Origin: Floccifex sp.
GTDB taxonomy: Bacteria > Bacillota_I > Bacilli_A > Erysipelotrichales > Erysipelotrichaceae
Direction: 5' to 3'
Assembly (NCBI RefSeq): GCF_051873555.1
Contig: NZ_JBJEEY010000157.1
Coordinates: forward strand, 3,566 to 27,565
DNA: 24,000 bases
Shown: piece after piece, positions 1-7,470 of the stretch
Position numbering within the stretch: position 1 is the stretch's first letter
How the letters are laid out: the number at the start of each line of letters is the position of its first letter
The notes under the pieces: model-generated
Told to the model about the DNA's origin: nothing
The model's input: the letters and a program-made list of their open reading frames with translations, nothing else
Database searches by the model: none
Program-made: the position numbers and the translations under genes

Positions 1-228
1 TAATAAAATAACTTTATCTATTTTTCCTTCTTGCCAGATTTTTGTACAAAGCCAATAAAAACCAATACTCGAAACCAATCCCATCAAAATTTCAAAAATG
101 AAATTCAAAATTCCATCCGTGACAATTGCTCCAAACAAAAATACAGAACTATATATTAAACTTGACAACAATAAATAACACAAAGGCAAAAGAATTGATT
201 TAATAGAAATCGATTTTAAACGATTCAT
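1..228 (-). CDS. Partial CDS (N-terminal 76 codons, continues past the window start): small hydrophobic membrane protein, function unknown
   Basis: Own translation of the minus strand. ATG at 228-226 is preceded by GAGGTG (complement of 234-239), and the frame stays open to position 1: MNRLKSISIKSILLPLCYLLLSSLIYSSVFLFGAIVTDGILNFIFEILMGLVSSIGFYWLCTKIWQEGK... It has two hydrophobic stretches. It is not in the ORF track because it has no stop inside the window. Confidence 0.4.
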   Translation of the reverse strand, partial: MNRLKSISIKSILLPLCYLLLSSLIYSSVFLFGAIVTDGILNFIFEILMGLVSSIGFYWLCTKIWQEGKIDKVILL

Positions 229-270
229 TGTATCACCTCAGCATAATTGTAGCACAATTCACTCCATTTC

Positions 271-279
271 TGATACAAT
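271..279 (+). promoter_or_regulatory. Putative extended -10 element (TGaTACAAT) for ppiB
   Basis: TGATACAAT at 271-279, followed by SD GGAGG at 287-291 and ATG at 298. No good -35 is present, which is acceptable for an extended -10 promoter. Confidence 0.4.
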
Positions 280-297
280 AAACACCGGAGGAAATAT

Positions 298-780
298 ATG
301 AAAACAATTGATATAATCATTACTATGGAAGATGGAAATATAATTGAAGCCGAGTTATATCCAGCCATTGCCCCTAAAACCGTTGAAAACTTTGTAAAAC
401 TAATTAATGAAAAATTCTATGATGGCATCATTTTTCATCGTGTCATTCCTGGATTCATGATTCAGGGAGGCGATCCAAAAGGAAATGGAACAGGTGGTTC
501 CAAAGAAACAATTAAAGGAGAATTCGATGCCAATGGATTCAAAAACACATTAAAACATACACGTGGCGTATTATCCATGGCACGCACAATGGATCCAAAC
601 TCAGCCAGTTCTCAATTCTTTATCATGCATCAAGACGCTCCTCACTTGGATGGACAATATGCTGCTTTTGGTAAAGTCACAAAAGGAATGGAAGTTGTGG
701 ACCAAATTGCCAATGTAAAAACTGATTTCAGAGACAAACCAAGAACACCACAAGTCATGAAATCCATTCGTCTAAAATAA
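298..780 (+). CDS. ppiB: Cyclophilin-type peptidyl-prolyl cis-trans isomerase
   Basis: 160-aa ORF with the cyclophilin hallmark FHRVIPGFMIQGGDP, plus SMARTMDPNSASSQFFI. SD GGAGG lies 6 nt upstream and a terminator follows directly. Confidence 0.95.
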   Translation: MKTIDIIITMEDGNIIEAELYPAIAPKTVENFVKLINEKFYDGIIFHRVIPGFMIQGGDPKGNGTGGSKETIKGEFDANGFKNTLKHTRGVLSMARTMDPNSASSQFFIMHQDAPHLDGQYAAFGKVTKGMEVVDQIANVKTDFRDKPRTPQVMKSIRLK

Positions 781-786
781 AAATCA

Positions 787-817
787 GGGAATCGAAAAAA
801 TCGATTCCCGCTTTTTT
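787..817. terminator. Bidirectional intrinsic terminator between convergent ppiB and the 541-aa membrane protein gene
   Basis: GGGAATCGA (787-795), loop AAAAA, TCGATTCCC (801-809), then GC and T6 (812-817). An A-run on the left gives a U-tract for the minus strand as well. Confidence 0.8.
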
Positions 818-2441
818 ATTCAATTGAATTCACCAATTGAATACCATCGGATTCCAAATACTCAATGGAAATAGAATCCCCATTCTGTAGAAAAGCCAAT
901 TGCTCCTCAAATTTTGTTGTGAAATCCATACGATATTTTTTACCATCTTCATCTTCAAAATAATAAATCGTATTTCCTTCTACAGATACTTTATTCAAAT
1001 TCGAAACCGTAATTGTTTTCTTTTCATACACCACTTCATCACTTGAAGAAACACCCTGCAAAGCAATCATCTGCTTCTTTAATACATTCAATCCCTGGTC
1101 TACACTTACTGTAGCGACTTTTTGATAATCTGTTGCATCAACCATCGCATACATCTTTAATACACTCTGAGAAGAATTACTTGTATCCGCACGCAAAGAC
1201 ATTAAATAAGTGGGCTGCCCATTCACATTGACAAGAACTGGGAATGTTGCTTTATATCCATAATTCTGTACTTCGTCTTCTGCCGATTTCATAGCACTGG
1301 TTTCATTAGCCCCTGGTGCATCAATTCGCAATGCTTCATGCGTTCTTAAATTCACCAAAATAAAACCTAAATTACTGGAATCCGAATTTGCACTGGTTAC
1401 ACCTGTATAAAGCCAGATATCTCCATCTTTTTCAATATAATTATATCCACTGCTGGATTTAATGACACCTTTTTGACCAATGATGGAATTAATAAACCCT
1501 TTTTGAAGAGACCCATAATCATCAATTTCTTCAATAACTAACGCCTCAGGAAAAATTCGATCTGCCCAAGTAGGCACTGATTTTAAATCATATTTTTTAC
1601 TTTCTCCTGTAATCGGATCCATAAAAATAGCACCCGTTACATATTTTTTATTTCCAACTAATTTATAAGAATAAGTAGAACAAACATACCATGGATGTCC
1701 ATCTTCATCGATTTCAAAAGAAGGAGAACCAAAAATTTCAAATGGATACTGAAAACGCAAATGACGCATCAAATTCTTATTGAATAAACTAGAAGGAACA
1801 TATTTCATATTATCTAAGCCAATATCTTTTAAACGAACCAGCTTAGCAGTTCCATCGGTTGAATCCACAGTGATATAAGCTGGAATTCCTTCTGCTTTAT
1901 TTGCCCACCACTTAAAGAAATCTGCATATTCCAAAGGTGTAACACGATAGACACTGTCTTTATAAGAAATTTGAGTATATTCATTGCTGACTTCAAACTG
2001 AGAAACCCAGTCTGACATTTGACCCATAACACGATCTCCCAAAGCTTGTGTTGTATCTCGATCAATAATAGCTGTTTTTGTGAAATCAACTTCTCCTATG
2101 GTGTTAAACTCTGTTTTTTCTACATCAATACGAGTTGCATATTCCCCAGAATGAAAAATACGCATTCCAATAAAGCCCAATACAGTCGGCGCCAAAATAA
2201 TTAAAATGCCAAAAATCACGACTGGACGCTTTGGTGCATGAACACCTTCACTAGAAAACATAGTCACAATCACTAAAAAAATTAAAATAGCTGGTGTAAA
2301 AAATGACCAGAAAGCAGGTGAATGCCAATTCAATGGTGGCAACATAAAATAATACGCAATTCCTAAAACAATAAAATAAACAATCAATGCTTTTACTTTA
2401 CTAATTCGAAGAATTGGTAAATCTGGTTTTCGAAATATCAT
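816..2441 (-). CDS. Membrane protein of unknown function: N-terminal TM helices plus a ~440-aa extracytoplasmic domain
   Basis: 541-aa uninterrupted ORF. Residues ~18-100 contain three hydrophobic helices (ALIVYFIVLGIAYYFML, FWSFFTPAILIFLVIVTMF, VVIFGILIILAPTVLGFIGM); the remainder is hydrophilic. I recognise no family motif. Confidence 0.75.
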   Translation of the reverse strand: MIFRKPDLPILRISKVKALIVYFIVLGIAYYFMLPPLNWHSPAFWSFFTPAILIFLVIVTMFSSEGVHAPKRPVVIFGILIILAPTVLGFIGMRIFHSGEYATRIDVEKTEFNTIGEVDFTKTAIIDRDTTQALGDRVMGQMSDWVSQFEVSNEYTQISYKDSVYRVTPLEYADFFKWWANKAEGIPAYITVDSTDGTAKLVRLKDIGLDNMKYVPSSLFNKNLMRHLRFQYPFEIFGSPSFEIDEDGHPWYVCSTYSYKLVGNKKYVTGAIFMDPITGESKKYDLKSVPTWADRIFPEALVIEEIDDYGSLQKGFINSIIGQKGVIKSSSGYNYIEKDGDIWLYTGVTSANSDSSNLGFILVNLRTHEALRIDAPGANETSAMKSAEDEVQNYGYKATFPVLVNVNGQPTYLMSLRADTSNSSQSVLKMYAMVDATDYQKVATVSVDQGLNVLKKQMIALQGVSSSDEVVYEKKTITVSNLNKVSVEGNTIYYFEDEDGKKYRMDFTTKFEEQLAFLQNGDSISIEYLESDGIQLVNSIE

Positions 2442-2515
2442 AAACTCTATATCCTTTCTTCTATACTTTATATCAATACAAAGTCAAAAAATAGATTTCT
2501 TTTTATAAATATGTG

Positions 2516-2944
2516 TTATTTTTTTAGAATTTTCAAAGGCGTAGACCCTAAAGCTTCTACTGCTTGAGAATACGAAGAAATCGCAAAATTTGATTCAATG
2601 GCAACTTGAAGACAAAACATTACCAATCTTGTATCAAAAGCCTGAATATTTTCACTATAATAAATAGCCGGATACAAAGACAATTCCTCTTTTACTTGTT
2701 TTAAAATATCGGATGAAACTTCACTATAAATCACTAAAACATTTTCTTCAAAAACTGCTTTTAATCCCGATAATAAAGTCACATATGGTTTATCTGACAT
2801 TTTCACATAAATTGTTTTTGCACAAGGAGTGACTTGTCCTAATTCTTGTTCAGGCAAACATAAAACAATCTGTTTACAATCATTGTCTTCTAGAAACAGC
2901 TGTATGGAAGAATTCATTCCAAATAATAAAGCCGAATATTCCAT
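2516..2944 (-). CDS. Degenerate IspD-like (nucleotidyltransferase-fold) paralog lacking catalytic motifs; hypothetical protein
   Basis: 142-aa ORF whose ATG (2944) lies 1 nt after the ispD stop (2946-2948). By-eye alignment to the adjacent IspD: QLFLEDNDCKQIVLCL vs SLFLEDEDCLQIIIVC, LSGLKAV vs YNGLQKV, and VLVIYSEVSSDILKQVKEEL vs YVFIHDGARPYVKKENLESL. It lacks the AAGxGxR loop and the HDGARP motif. Confidence 0.6.
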   Translation of the reverse strand: MEYSALLFGMNSSIQLFLEDNDCKQIVLCLPEQELGQVTPCAKTIYVKMSDKPYVTLLSGLKAVFEENVLVIYSEVSSDILKQVKEELSLYPAIYYSENIQAFDTRLVMFCLQVAIESNFAISSYSQAVEALGSTPLKILKK

Positions 2945-2945
2945 A

Positions 2946-3596
2946 TCATTCCCTCACTAAATCCTTGGGATGCGTAATTTTACGGTTTTGTGGATCACCA
3001 GGAACCATTTTAATTTTTACATCTGAATACCATTCTACTAACTGAGCATCATCCGTTCCAATACGTCCATCTAAACGTGCCTTTTCCTGACAAGACTTTA
3101 ATAAATCCGTTTTAAAACACTGTGGTGTTTGTGCATTATAAACCATAGAACGCGTTAACGTTTCCTTTACATATCCATCCACAACAATTTTAGACGTATC
3201 TACACTTTCAATCATCAACAAACAAGCATCTTCTGTTTGTAATGTTTCTTTTAAAGACTCCAGATTTTCTTTCTTTACATATGGACGCGCCCCATCGTGA
3301 ATAAAAACATAAGGACTCGTTACTTTTTGAAGACCATTATATACACTTTCCTGTCGCGTACTTCCACCGATGGCTACTTCCACTTTCTTCAAATCCTTAT
3401 ATCGCTGCGCAATAAAATCCATTTCATGAGATGCACAAACAATAATAATCTGCAAACAATCTTCATCTTCCAGAAACAAAGACAAACAACGATCCAATAT
3501 CATTTCCTCTTCATTCAAATGATAAAAAACTTTATTATAATTTAATTTTGTGCGACTACCCATACCAGCCGCCATGATACATACACTATAATTCAT
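2946..3596 (-). CDS. ispD: 2-C-methyl-D-erythritol 4-phosphate cytidylyltransferase (IspD/TarI family cytidylyltransferase)
   Basis: 216-aa ORF with the N-terminal glycine-rich loop IMAAGMGSR, the motif VFIHDGARPYV, and C-terminal GTDDAQLVE...PGDPQNRKIT. IspD and TarI cannot be distinguished from sequence alone. Confidence 0.85.
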   Translation of the reverse strand: MNYSVCIMAAGMGSRTKLNYNKVFYHLNEEEMILDRCLSLFLEDEDCLQIIIVCASHEMDFIAQRYKDLKKVEVAIGGSTRQESVYNGLQKVTSPYVFIHDGARPYVKKENLESLKETLQTEDACLLMIESVDTSKIVVDGYVKETLTRSMVYNAQTPQCFKTDLLKSCQEKARLDGRIGTDDAQLVEWYSDVKIKMVPGDPQNRKITHPKDLVRE

Positions 3597-3617
3597 AACA
3601 AATCCATTATATCAGAT

Positions 3618-3869
3618 TTATGATACATCGGGACAAAAAACATGAGATTCCAGAAACCATCGATCTTTTTCCCAGTATAAGTTTCGAATCTGATTTCCAA
3701 AAGCACACTGGTAACATTTTCCACATCCCCCAGCCAATGAAAACTTATCACATACTTGTAGAATTTTATCCACTTTATATAACTGATCCTTCCATTTCAC
3801 AAACAAAGGAACCAATTGACCATCTTGTTGAATCATGGTAACTACATCAATATAATATTTAAACAACAT
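3618..3869 (-). CDS. Small Cys-containing hypothetical protein (83 aa), divergent from the XRE-S24 repressor
   Basis: This is the track ORF 3618-4004 trimmed to the Met at 3869 (MLFKYYIDVV...). The longer N-terminus would overlap the divergent repressor gene and its promoter. A minus-strand promoter is present: -35 TTGCGT (complement of 3909-3914), 17-nt spacer, -10 TATAAT (complement of 3886-3891). It excludes the upstream Met codons. Contains GGCGKCYQC. No family recognised. Confidence 0.45.
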   Translation of the reverse strand: MLFKYYIDVVTMIQQDGQLVPLFVKWKDQLYKVDKILQVCDKFSLAGGCGKCYQCAFGNQIRNLYWEKDRWFLESHVFCPDVS

Positions 3870-3927
3870 AGAATCACCCAACTTCATTATAGAATACACG
3901 CAACTTTTACGCAACTTCAAAATAAAA

Positions 3928-3955
3928 TTGCATAAATGTTTCATTGTGATACAAT
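3928..3955 (+). promoter_or_regulatory. Promoter of the XRE-S24 repressor, predicting a leaderless mRNA
   Basis: -35 TTGCAT (3928-3933), 16-nt spacer, extended -10 TGaTACAAT (3947-3955). The A of the ATG (3962) is the 7th nt after the -10, and there is no SD upstream of the ATG. Confidence 0.5.
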
Positions 3956-3961
3956 AAAAAC

Positions 3962-4558
3962 ATGAATATACAACAAATATTATTAGAATACAAACGACAA
4001 ACACATGTCACTAATGATTTCATTGCCCAGCAAATAGGTGTCACAAAATCAACTGTTTCTCGCTGGTGCAATGGACAAATCAAAAAAATCAGTTCTGAAA
4101 CACTGCAAAAACTTTCTTCTTTGATTGGAATTGATTTTGAACAAATGACAAAGATTGCTCAATTTTCTTTTGAAAAACCAATTTTAGGAATCGTAAAAGC
4201 CGGTTATGGTTTATTTGCACAAGAAAATATTGAAGGATATTTACCTGTCAGTGAAGCCGAATATGAACAAGGAGATTATTTTTTAAGAGTCGAAGGAAAT
4301 TCAATGATTCAGGCAAAAATCCATGATCAGGATTTATTATTTGTGAAATCCGTACAAGATGTTCCTTCTAACACGATTGCCATCGTTTTAATTGAAAAAG
4401 AAGAAGTGACTGTTAAACGCATTATTAAAAAAGATAAGTATTTAATTTTAGAAGCCGCTAACAAAGATGTAGAACCTAAAATTTATACTTGGAAAGAAGT
4501 GGAAGAACTTCCTGTACAAATTATTGGAAAAGTAATCTATGCGCGAAGAGATTTTTAG
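3962..4558 (+). CDS. XRE-family HTH / S24 (LexA-like) self-cleaving repressor (phage CI / HdiR-like)
   Basis: 198 aa. N-terminal XRE HTH (FIAQQIGVTKSTVSRWCNGQ). C-terminal S24 peptidase fold with the Ser in VEGNSM and the Lys in EVTVKRI. It is not a canonical LexA winged-helix N-terminus. Confidence 0.85.
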   Translation: MNIQQILLEYKRQTHVTNDFIAQQIGVTKSTVSRWCNGQIKKISSETLQKLSSLIGIDFEQMTKIAQFSFEKPILGIVKAGYGLFAQENIEGYLPVSEAEYEQGDYFLRVEGNSMIQAKIHDQDLLFVKSVQDVPSNTIAIVLIEKEEVTVKRIIKKDKYLILEAANKDVEPKIYTWKEVEELPVQIIGKVIYARRDF

Positions 4559-4588
4559 TTGAGGCACAAAATTTGTTGGTTGTCTATA

Positions 4589-4617
4589 TTGTGTTTCAAC
4601 TTTTTTTAGGCTATACT
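4589..4617 (+). promoter_or_regulatory. Putative nrdD promoter
   Basis: -35 TTGTGT (4589-4594), 17-nt spacer, -10 TATACT (4612-4617). The predicted TSS is near 4624. Confidence 0.4.
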
Positions 4618-4628
4618 ACAGATACATA

Positions 4629-4662
4629 ATCACATTTAGTTGAAACGTCAACTAAATGTGAT
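4629..4662 (+). promoter_or_regulatory. 15-bp perfect inverted repeat in the nrdD leader (RNA hairpin or operator)
   Basis: ATCACATTTAGTTGA (4629-4643), loop AACG, TCAACTAAATGTGAT (4648-4662). All 15 pairs were checked base by base. No U-tract follows. SD AAGGAG and ATG 4692 lie downstream. Confidence 0.6.
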
Positions 4663-4691
4663 GTCAGTAGAAAAAAAGGAGCAGTATTTAT

Positions 4692-6866
4692 ATGAAAGTT
4701 ATTAAACGAAGTGGAGAAGAAGTCGTTTTTGATATCAAAAAAATCGAAAATGCGATTCGTAAAGCAAACCAGGCTACTTCTCATTCTCAAATGAGTGAAG
4801 CCCAAATCATCAACATCTCAAAAAAAGTCCTGGAAAAATGTGAATCTTTACAAAGAAGTCCAAGTGTAGAAGAAATTCAAGATATGGTTGAAACTGAAAT
4901 TATGCGTGAAAAATATTTTGCGGTGGCTCACAACTATATCACATATCGATATGAAAGAGCTTTAGTTCGTAAAGCCAATTCAACAGATAAACAAATTTTA
5001 AGTTTACTGGAAAGAAACAATGAAGAAGTTAAACAAGAAAACTCCAATAAAAATCCTTTAGTCAATAGTGTACAACGTGACTATATGGCCGGTGAAGTTT
5101 CAAAAGATATCACACGACGTTTTTTGCTCCCTCAACATATTATCGATGCCCATGAAAATGGATTAATTCATTTTCATGATTCAGATTATTTTGCACAGCA
5201 CATGCATAATTGCTGTCTAGTGAATTTAGAAGACATGCTTCAAAATGGAACAGTCATTTCTGAAACAATGATTGAAAAGCCACATAGTTTTTCAACTGCT
5301 TGCAACGTTGCCACACAAATTATTGCCCAGGTCGCAAGTTCACAATATGGTGGTCAAAGTGTTACATTGTCTCATTTAGCTCCATTTGTACAAGTCAGCC
5401 GTGAAAAAGCACGTCGAGAAGTAAAAGAAGAATTTGAATCTTTAAATATGCCATTTGATGAAGAAAAAATTAATGCCATGGCAGAAATGCGAGTACACCG
5501 TGAAATCGAAAAAGGCGTACAAATGATTCAATACCAGGTCATTACATTAATGACAACCAATGGACAAGCTCCATTTGTGACTGTTTTCATGTATTTAAAT
5601 GAAGTCCCTGAAGGACAAACAAGAGATGACTTAGCTTTGATTATCGAAGAAATGTTAAAACAAAGAATCAAAGGTGTTAAAAATGAAGCCGGTGTCTGGA
5701 TTACACCTGCTTTTCCTAAATTGATTTATGTATTAGAAGAAAATAATATTCATCCAGACAGCAAATATTGGTATCTTACAAAGTTAGCTGCAAAATGTAC
5801 ATCCAAGCGCATGGTTCCAGATTATATTTCTGAAAAGAAAATGCTGGAATTAAAAGTAGATCAAAACGGAAATGGACAATGTTATCCTTGTATGGGATGC
5901 CGTTCTTTCTTAACGCCTTATGTGGATCAAGACAAAAAGCCAAAATACTATGGTCGATTCAATCAAGGTGTTGTGACAATCAACTTAGTGGATGTAGCTT
6001 GTTCTTCAAAAGGAATCATGGAAGATTTCTGGAAAATCATGGATGAGCGCTTAGAAATTTGTTACGAAGCCTTAATGATTCGTCATAAACGCTTATTAGG
6101 AACACCAAGTGATGTAGCTCCTATTCTTTGGCAAAACGGTGCTTTGGCTCGTTTAAAAAAAGGAGAACCAATTGATAAATTATTATTCAACGGCTATTCA
6201 ACAATTTCACTTGGATATGCTGGATTATGTGAATGCGTTCGTTATATGACAGGTGTACCTCATACAGAACCAGAAGGAACAAAATTTGGTTTAGAAGTCA
6301 TGCAGCACTTAAATGATGCATGTGCAAAATGGAAAGCTCAGGAACATATTGACTTTAGTTTATATGGAACACCAATGGAATCCACAACCTATAAATTTGC
6401 AAAAAAACTACAAGATCGTTTTGGAATCATTCCAAATGTTACAGACAAAAACTATATCACAAATAGTTATCATGTCCATGTAACAGAAAAAATCAATGCC
6501 TTTGACAAATTGACATTTGAAGCACAATTCCAAAAACTATCTCCAGGTGGAGCCATCAGTTATGTTGAAGTTCCAAATATGGAAAATAATATTGATGCTG
6601 TTTTAGCCATTATGCAACATATTTATGACAACATCATGTATGCTGAATTAAACACAAAAAGCGATTATTGCCAAGTATGTGGATATACAGGAGAAATCCA
6701 AATTGTACAAGACGAAAACCACAAATTAGTCTGGGAATGCCCATGTTGCCATAACCGCGACCAGGAAAAAATGAATGTAGCGCGTCGTACTTGTGGTTAT
6801 ATTGGAACACAATTCTGGAACCAGGGACGTACACAGGAAATCAAAGAACGTGTTTTACATCTATAA
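4692..6866 (+). CDS. nrdD: Anaerobic ribonucleoside-triphosphate reductase (class III RNR)
   Basis: 724 aa. N-terminal ATP-cone (MKVIKRSGEEVVFDIKKIENAIRKA), C-terminal Zn-ribbon cysteines (CQVCG...CPCC) and the glycyl-radical motif RRTCGYIG. Confidence 0.97.
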   Translation: MKVIKRSGEEVVFDIKKIENAIRKANQATSHSQMSEAQIINISKKVLEKCESLQRSPSVEEIQDMVETEIMREKYFAVAHNYITYRYERALVRKANSTDKQILSLLERNNEEVKQENSNKNPLVNSVQRDYMAGEVSKDITRRFLLPQHIIDAHENGLIHFHDSDYFAQHMHNCCLVNLEDMLQNGTVISETMIEKPHSFSTACNVATQIIAQVASSQYGGQSVTLSHLAPFVQVSREKARREVKEEFESLNMPFDEEKINAMAEMRVHREIEKGVQMIQYQVITLMTTNGQAPFVTVFMYLNEVPEGQTRDDLALIIEEMLKQRIKGVKNEAGVWITPAFPKLIYVLEENNIHPDSKYWYLTKLAAKCTSKRMVPDYISEKKMLELKVDQNGNGQCYPCMGCRSFLTPYVDQDKKPKYYGRFNQGVVTINLVDVACSSKGIMEDFWKIMDERLEICYEALMIRHKRLLGTPSDVAPILWQNGALARLKKGEPIDKLLFNGYSTISLGYAGLCECVRYMTGVPHTEPEGTKFGLEVMQHLNDACAKWKAQEHIDFSLYGTPMESTTYKFAKKLQDRFGIIPNVTDKNYITNSYHVHVTEKINAFDKLTFEAQFQKLSPGGAISYVEVPNMENNIDAVLAIMQHIYDNIMYAELNTKSDYCQVCGYTGEIQIVQDENHKLVWECPCCHNRDQEKMNVARRTCGYIGTQFWNQGRTQEIKERVLHL

Positions 6867-6872
6867 AAAAGG

Positions 6873-6903
6873 AAGCTATATGCAAGTGTCATATAGCTTT
6901 TTT
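6873..6903 (+). terminator. Intrinsic terminator after nrdD
   Basis: AAGCTATATG (6873-6882), 7-nt loop, CATATAGCTT (6890-6899), running into T6 (6898-6903). Confidence 0.8.
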
Positions 6904-6915
6904 ACAGGAGAATAT

Positions 6916-7296
6916 ATGGAAAAAATAAAAAATCAATTAAATCATCTCAGTCATATACTTGAATTCATTGTTGCCATCATTGTTTTACTCTCTATTTTAG
7001 TCAGCATATTCCATTTATATGAACCCTTTATGGAATTTGTGATGCACGGACAAGAAGGCGAATACTTTATCGAATTTCTAACAAGTGTATTTAATGTTGT
7101 GATTGGAATCGAATTTTTACGAATGCTATGTACAACCGACATCAATACCGTATTAGAAGTCATTATTTTTGTATTGGCTCGTCATCTCATTATTTATGAA
7201 CTCTCAGCTTTAGATAGTTTATTAACGGTATTCGGAATTGTTATCATATTCTTAGTAAAAAAATACTACAATCAAAAACCCGATATTGAATCTTAA
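6916..7296 (+). CDS. PsiE-family-like small membrane protein (126 aa)
   Basis: Track ORF 6793-7296 trimmed to the ATG at 6916, which has SD AGGAG (6906-6910). The longer form would overlap nrdD and its terminator. It has four hydrophobic segments and a pattern (IGIEFLRML...VLARHLII) resembling PsiE-type proteins. Confidence 0.55.
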   Translation: MEKIKNQLNHLSHILEFIVAIIVLLSILVSIFHLYEPFMEFVMHGQEGEYFIEFLTSVFNVVIGIEFLRMLCTTDINTVLEVIIFVLARHLIIYELSALDSLLTVFGIVIIFLVKKYYNQKPDIES

Positions 7297-7314
7297 AAAG
7301 AATTCCTCTATAAT
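7286..7314 (+). promoter_or_regulatory. Promoter of the THF riboswitch-folT transcript
   Basis: -35 TTGAAT (7286-7291), exact 17-nt spacer, -10 TATAAT (7309-7314). It overlaps the PsiE-like stop codon. The predicted TSS is near 7321. Confidence 0.6.
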
Positions 7315-7320
7315 GTTCGT

Positions 7321-7470
7321 GTTACAGAGTAGATATGTATGCGTATAGTGCCATATGAACAGGGAGTTGTCAATGGACGAAAGCAAATGCTGCGATATAC
7401 ATATCGATTCCCACTGTTGCAGGAAAAATTCAATCTCTTTTTCCAGGCAATAATGGAAAAGGAGGTTTTT
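7321..7470 (+). promoter_or_regulatory. THF (tetrahydrofolate) riboswitch, class I, with expression platform
   Basis: The aptamer (~7324-7417) carries the conserved blocks AGAGUAG, GCGUAUAGUG, GGGAGUUGUC, GGACGAAAGC and UUCCC. P1 is ACAG/CUGU (7324-7327 / 7414-7417). P2 is AUAUGUAU/AUACAUAU, perfectly complementary. It sits directly upstream of a folT-type gene, the classical context. Confidence 0.85.

Noticed and set aside
1829-2204. Track ORFs 1829-2089 (-) and 2019-2204 (+) inside the 541-aa membrane protein gene
   Set aside because: They lie in an alternative frame or antisense within a long, coherent ORF. Their composition is low-complexity and they have no SD or start context.
3297-3841. 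Plus-strand ORFs 3297-3545 and 3620-3841
   Set aside because: They are antisense to ispD and to the small Cys-rich ORF. These are AT-rich frame artefacts with no ribosome-binding sites.
3870-3961. Search for a Firmicute LexA (Cheo) box GAAC-N4-GTTC in the repressor/small-ORF intergenic region
   Set aside because: No such motif is present. The repressor also has an XRE-type rather than a LexA-type DNA-binding domain, so a Cheo box is not expected.
3870-4004. N-terminal 45 residues of the 128-aa track ORF (3618-4004)
   Set aside because: This part would overlap the divergent repressor CDS and both promoters. The predicted -10 of the minus-strand promoter lies downstream of those Met codons, so the ORF was trimmed to the Met at 3869.
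4580-4662. NrdR boxes upstream of nrdD, and the same near 10905-10920 upstream of nrdG/folC
   Set aside because: Only the right half of a box (TATATTGTGT) matches at 4585-4594. The large palindrome and the ATAGTATATCACT segment at 10905-10917 do not fit the ACACnATATATnGTGT palindrome.
4611-4805. Minus-strand ORF 4611-4805
   Set aside because: It is antisense to the nrdD start and leader. It spans a promoter and hairpin and has no coding features.
6634-7163. ORFs 6634-6834 (-) and 6951-7163 (-), and the 41-residue N-terminal extension of ORF 6793-7296
   Set aside because: The two ORFs are antisense to nrdD and to the PsiE-like gene. The extension would run through the nrdD 3' end and its terminator, whereas the ATG at 6916 has a proper SD.
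7421-7444. GGAAAAA...TTTTTCC hairpin after the THF aptamer as an intrinsic terminator
   Set aside because: No U-tract follows it (AGGCAATAATGG comes next). It is more likely part of an SD-sequestering switch.
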